Positions 44,719-49,207 of a stretch of 49,207 nt of DNA are shown piece by piece (the stretch's first letter is position 1; every line of letters begins with the position of its first letter). The DNA comes from Octopus bimaculoides. Taxonomy: Eukaryota. A program made the translations under genes and the position numbers. A model generated the notes under the pieces. It was not told the origin of the DNA. It saw only the letters and a program-made list of their open reading frames with translations, and searched no databases. The stretch is taken from the NCBI RefSeq assembly GCF_001194135.2, contig NC_068991.1, positions 7,544,748 through 7,593,954 of the forward strand, in the 5' to 3' direction.

Positions 44719-46119
44719 GACAGGCTTCTTTCAGTTTCTGCCTTCCAAATCCACTCACAAGGCTTTGGTTGGTCTGAGGCTATAGTGGAAGACACTTTCC
44801 CAAGGTGCCATGCAGTGGGACTGAACCCAGAACCATGTTTCTGACCACACAGCCATGCCTGCACTTGTGTACAAAGTCAAACCTGCACCTTGATCATAAT
44901 TTTTTTATTCTTTTAAATGGTTTCAATCATTTTCGTATCTTCGTTTGTGAGAGCAGTCTAGTTTATTTCAGATATTCTCATTTTAAAAATCCTCTCTGGC
45001 TAATCGTTGAGAAGACATTGGTGTTGCCTTGGCAGAGGTTTGCACTCTCTGAGTGCTCTTGTTCATATTGTTTTGAATTAATCATGCAATATCTTATAGC
45101 TTTGAAATTCCAATGATGTGATTGTATATTTTTTTAATTACATTGTAGGAGTGGTGTGGGAGATCAGATCTGGTCAGTTTAAACACAAAACAGCTAAAAT
45201 ATTTAGGNNNNNNNNNNNNNNNNNNNNNNNNNNNNNNNNNNNNNNNNNNNNNNNNNNNNNNNNNNNNNNNNNNNNNNNNNNNNNNNNNNNNNNNNNNNNN
45301 NNNNNNNNNNNNNNNNNNNNNNNNNNNNNNNNNNNNNNNNNNNNNNNNNNNNNNNNNNNNNNNNNNNNNNNNNNNNNNNNNNNNNNNNNNNNNNNNNNNN
45401 NNNNNNNNNNNNNNNNNNNNNNNNNNNNNNNNNNNNNNNNNNNNNNNNNNNNNNNNNNNNNNNNNNNNNNNNNNNNNNNNNNNNNNNNNNNNNNNNNNNN
45501 NNNNNNNNNNNNNNNNNNNNNNNNNNNNNNNNNNNNNNNNNNNNNNNNNNNNNNNNNNNNNNNNNNNNNNNNNNNNNNNNNNNNNNNNNNNNNNNNNNNN
45601 NNNNNNNNNNNNNNNNNNNNNNNNNNNNNNNNNNNNNNNNNNNNNNNNNNNNTTCTATTTTTATCATCTTTGTTATTAAAGTATTGTTACACTATTTTAA
45701 AAGAAGGATTACATTAATATGTATACTTGTGATTTTGTGAGATTAAAAAAAAAAAAAATTCTTTATATCTGGAAATATCAATAGAAGTTAACAATCGTTT
45801 TGTTTGTAATAAAATTGTAATTCCAAACCTTTAACCCTTTAGTATTTAAACTGGTCATATCTGGCCCAAATATTCTACCTGTTTTATGTTCAAACTGGCC
45901 AGATCTGGCCTCTCACACCTATTTTACAATGTTATTCTAAAAATAAACAATCACATCGTCAAAACATTGGTATTTAGTACATAGAATACACCCTTGAGGT
46001 GCTTTCCTTCAGTGCTGTTGTTCATATTTATTACCAGCATCACTATATTTCCTCTATTTCTTTTCTTGTTTTTTTACTGGTCACTTATTTGGTAAGACTT
46101 AGGTCTTACCAAATAAGTA

Positions 46120-46500
46120 GAATAAAGGATTTGATAGACAAAATAATGGAAACACCACGTCAGATGAAAGTTTTATTATTTAATTTGAAGTTAGTCTACC
46201 TTTGGCATCAATCGCAGCTTTGATCTGTCAAGGAACTGATTCTTACAGATTCTGAGCTTTTTATTTTTTCTTTCTGAGCCACTAGTAAAACCTGCATCAG
46301 CTCTTTCAATGATGATGGTGGAGGGAAGTGGCTCCTCGTTTGCTGTTGCAAAATACACCATAAATTTTGATTATACAGAAATTTGGTGATTTAAAAAATG
46401 GCCTTAAAACATTTATTGCTTGTTTTTTTCTTTTTTTGAAAGCAATATTTGGCAGTTGTTATAAAGATGGAACAACAATTTCATTGTATGAAGCATATAG
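46120..46500 (-). mobile_element. Tc1-like transposase 3' fossil with right end
   Basis: WP..SPNFCII.NLWCILQQQTRSHFPPPSSLKELMQVLL..IKAAIDAKGRLT (WPxxSPDLNxIENLW region), followed by GGTGTTTCCATTATTTTGTC, which resembles a Tc1 TIR. Confidence 0.75.
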
Positions 46501-47559
46501 TGGTATTCGTACATAAGGTTTCATTCTCAGTTTACTTTCATTTAGTTCCAGTTATATGACTACAACCAGCTTCCAACCAGCCATGTTTATTCGCCATTTC
46601 TCTCATGTTACCAAAGATACATGATAGCACATAATACTATTTCACCTTCATATTGCATTACACTTCTCCTGGGTGAACCTGATATTCTACTCTATACTTA
46701 GAAATATAATCCCTATGTCTTGAAAAAAATTCACTAAAACGCTGGTTCCATTTCCTGATTTAACAATGTCTTTTAGTTAAAATATAGATCTACCATCAAA
46801 CTGTTACAGTTAATTTGAGAAGGTATATATATATATATATATATATATAGTGTTCACATTTATAGACAGACAAGTGTTTGTTACTTCAGTGTTAGTGTAC
46901 TTGTGGTTTCTCACACTCACTATTTAAATGACAAAGAGCACTGTGACATAATTTCACACTGAAGATAAGAGATAAGAAATATAAGTAAGTAGAAAATAAA
47001 AATAAAATTATTGAGTTTGTGCATAATTACAAAGAAATGAAAAGAAAAAAGAAAAAAATATATATTAATAAATGACATTATATAACAGCAAAATATTAGA
47101 AAAAAATTATTCAAGTAAAGGAAACTTGCAAATGAATTAAGATGAAATCAGAAATATAATGTGATGATTAAAAGGAGTTTTAAAAAATGGGGAACATCTG
47201 AACGTGGGGTGTAACCGGCCCACTTATGAGTACCCCTCATTCATTGGACAATGAACTTTGCTTGCGAAGACCTATTGAGGCAAGTGAAAACAAATCAAAA
47301 TTGCTGATGTGGCCGATGACAGTACCGCCTGATTGGCAGTCGTGCCAGTGGAACGTTAAAAGCACATCCAAGCGTGATCGTTGCTAGGGCCACAGATTGG
47401 CTCCCATGCCAGTGGCACATGAAAAGCACCTTTCGAGCGTGATCGTTGCCAGCGTCGCCTTACCGGCACATGTGCTGGTAGCACATGAAAAACAACATTC
47501 AAGCGTGGTTGTTGCCAGGGCCAACGGACTGGCTCCTGTGCAGGTAACATGTAAAAGCA

Positions 47560-47636
47560 TTGTGTTAACAAATATCAGTCAAATGTGAATAATGTAAATA
47601 ATGTACATAATTCCTCATCTCTTAAATATAGAACTG
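47560..47636 (+). mobile_element. Truncated 3' part of the same Penelope-like terminal repeat
   Basis: TTGTGTTAAC..AAATATCAGTCAAATGTGAATAATGTAAATAATGTACATAATTCCTCATCTCTTAAATATAGAACTG matches the reverse complement of 24993-25078, with a small internal deletion. Confidence 0.75.
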
Positions 47637-47865
47637 TATGCCTTTCCTATTGCTAACCACTTTACAGAGTGTACTGGGTGCTTTCTATGTGGTACCAGCA
47701 CCAGTGAGGTCACCAAGTAACTTACAAGACAAAACACCTCTACTAAGTGAGGAGTAGTATTGAGGGAAGTGGTTTTGTTTCAGGTGATCAGGTGTTAAAA
47801 TATGAGAGAGAGAGACAGAAACAGGTGTTTTATTGTAGAGGAGGAACAATGGCTATCCCATTTAG

Positions 47866-47873
47866 AAGATAGA

Positions 47874-47907
<34 letters not shown>

Positions 47908-47950
47908 CAGACAGACAGACAGACAGACAGAGACAGAAAGAGAGAGAGGA
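47866..47950. repeat. (GATA)n(GACA)n tetranucleotide microsatellite
   Basis: Directly visible. Confidence 0.95.
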
Positions 47951-48175
47951 TGGTGGTGAAGATGTTTTGGGAGTATGACCACAAGTAACATGGACATAAA
48001 TACAAATGAATGTTTATCAATACAAAGAAATATTTGGCAATTCAACTGAATATTTGATGAAATAAATAAATACAGAAAAATTTATTCTCTTTCAATATAA
48101 TCAGCAATTTTATTAATAATTTACATCTGGATATCAATGGATATTGAATTCATCTGCATCAATGGATCTCCATGT

Positions 48176-48338
48176 TCAGTTAATGACACCTGAGCTGTAA
48201 AGTTGACGTGTATATTCCCACATCAGTATTGCTCCGCTTACGTGAACATTGAGAGAACGGACAATTCCTTGTTGTGGAATCTCAACACACACATCCAAGA
48301 GGGGGATTAGGTTAGCTGGAATGCCTTCGCGTTCATTT
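48176..48338 (-). CDS. TARBP1: Last coding exon of TARBP1 (SpoU/Trm3-like tRNA Gm18 2'-O-methyltransferase); rest of gene lies beyond the window
   Basis: (G)[45 protein letters not shown] contains the SPOUT motifs GxExxG and SLNV. TAG acceptor at 48339-48340. AATAAA on - at 48109-48114 and 48081-48086. Confidence 0.9.
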
Positions 48339-48564
48339 CTAAAAAACAAACAAAACATTGCATTAGACATAGCTGTGTGGTTAAGAAGCTTGCTTTACAA
48401 CCATGTGGTTTCAGGTTCAGTCCCACTGTGCGGCACCTTGGGCAAGTGTCTTTTACTATAGTCCCTGGCCAGCCAACACCCTGTGAGTGAATTTGGTAGA
48501 TGGAAACTGTGTGGAAGCCCATCACATGTGTGTGTGTGTGAGACTGGCTTCCATATAGTGTAGA

Positions 48565-48960
48565 CATATATGTCTACAGTGGAGTTGCAATGGCCCAGTC
48601 GTTAGGGCAGCGGACTCGCGGTCATAGGATCGCAGTTTCATTTCCCAGACCAAGCATTGTGAATGTTTATTGAGCGAAAACACCTAAAGCTCCACGAGGC
48701 TCCGGCAGGGGATGGTGGTGAACCCTGCTGTACTCTTTCACCACAAAGTTCTCTCACACTTTCTTCCTGTTTCTGTTGTACCTGTAATTCAAAAGGACCA
48801 GCCTTGTCACACCCTGTGTCATGCTGATTCTCCCTGAGAACTATGTTAAGGGTACACGTGTCTGTGGAGTGCTCAGCCACTTACACATTAATTTCATGAG
48901 CAGGCTGTTCCATTGATTGGATCAACCGGAACCTTCATCATCGTAACTGACGGAGTGCCA
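48565..48960 (+). mobile_element. Second tRNA-derived SINE family (partial inverted copy ~28040-28260)
   Basis: Head TGGCCCAGTCGTTAGGGCAGCGGACTCGCGGTCATAGGATCGCAGTTTCATTTCCC. The 3' part GTGGAGTGCTCAGCCACTT..GATCAAC..GGAGTGCCA is shared with 28040-28260(-). Confidence 0.7.
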
Positions 48961-49207
48961 CCATATGTCTACAGGTGTATGGCTTGGAATCTGTGCTTAT
49001 CACCACCACCAAATGCTTACCGGTATTTCGTCTGTCTTTACATTCTGAGTTCAAATTCCACCGAGGTTGACTTTGCCTTTCATCCTTTCAGGGTCAATAA
49101 ATTAAGTACCAGTTGTGTACTGGAGTCGATCTAATTGACTGGCCCACCCCTCCCCCAAAATTTTGTGCCTTGTGCCTAGAGTAGGAAAGAATAAAGTAAG
49201 TACCAGT

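Overview
Eukaryotic, AT-rich, microsatellite-dense scaffold with many N gaps. The interspersed repeat families match my recollection of octopus (coleoid cephalopod) repeats; I have not confirmed this by search. Three genes are supported. (1) SLX4/FANCP-like nuclease scaffold on +, whose whole ~2125-aa CDS (12139-18516) is one uninterrupted ORF. (2) A complete 14-exon mitochondrial acetyl-CoA synthetase (ACSS1-like, 681 aa) on - (43554 to 25910), with all exons reconstructed using GT-AG sites and consistent phases. (3) The last coding exon of TARBP1 (SpoU/Trm3 tRNA methyltransferase) on - (48176-48338). The rest is SINEs, LINE, Penelope-like and Tc1/mariner fossils, MITEs, a solo LTR and a ~71-bp satellite. 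The best leads are: an SLX4 with a duplicated SLX1-binding domain plus extra ubiquitin-binding and repeat modules; a tRNA-headed element carrying a minimal type I hammerhead ribozyme motif (25072-25117, -); and a satellite whose conserved part folds into a hairpin, next to a hairpin-rich AT tract. There is no CRISPR or other prokaryotic system here.
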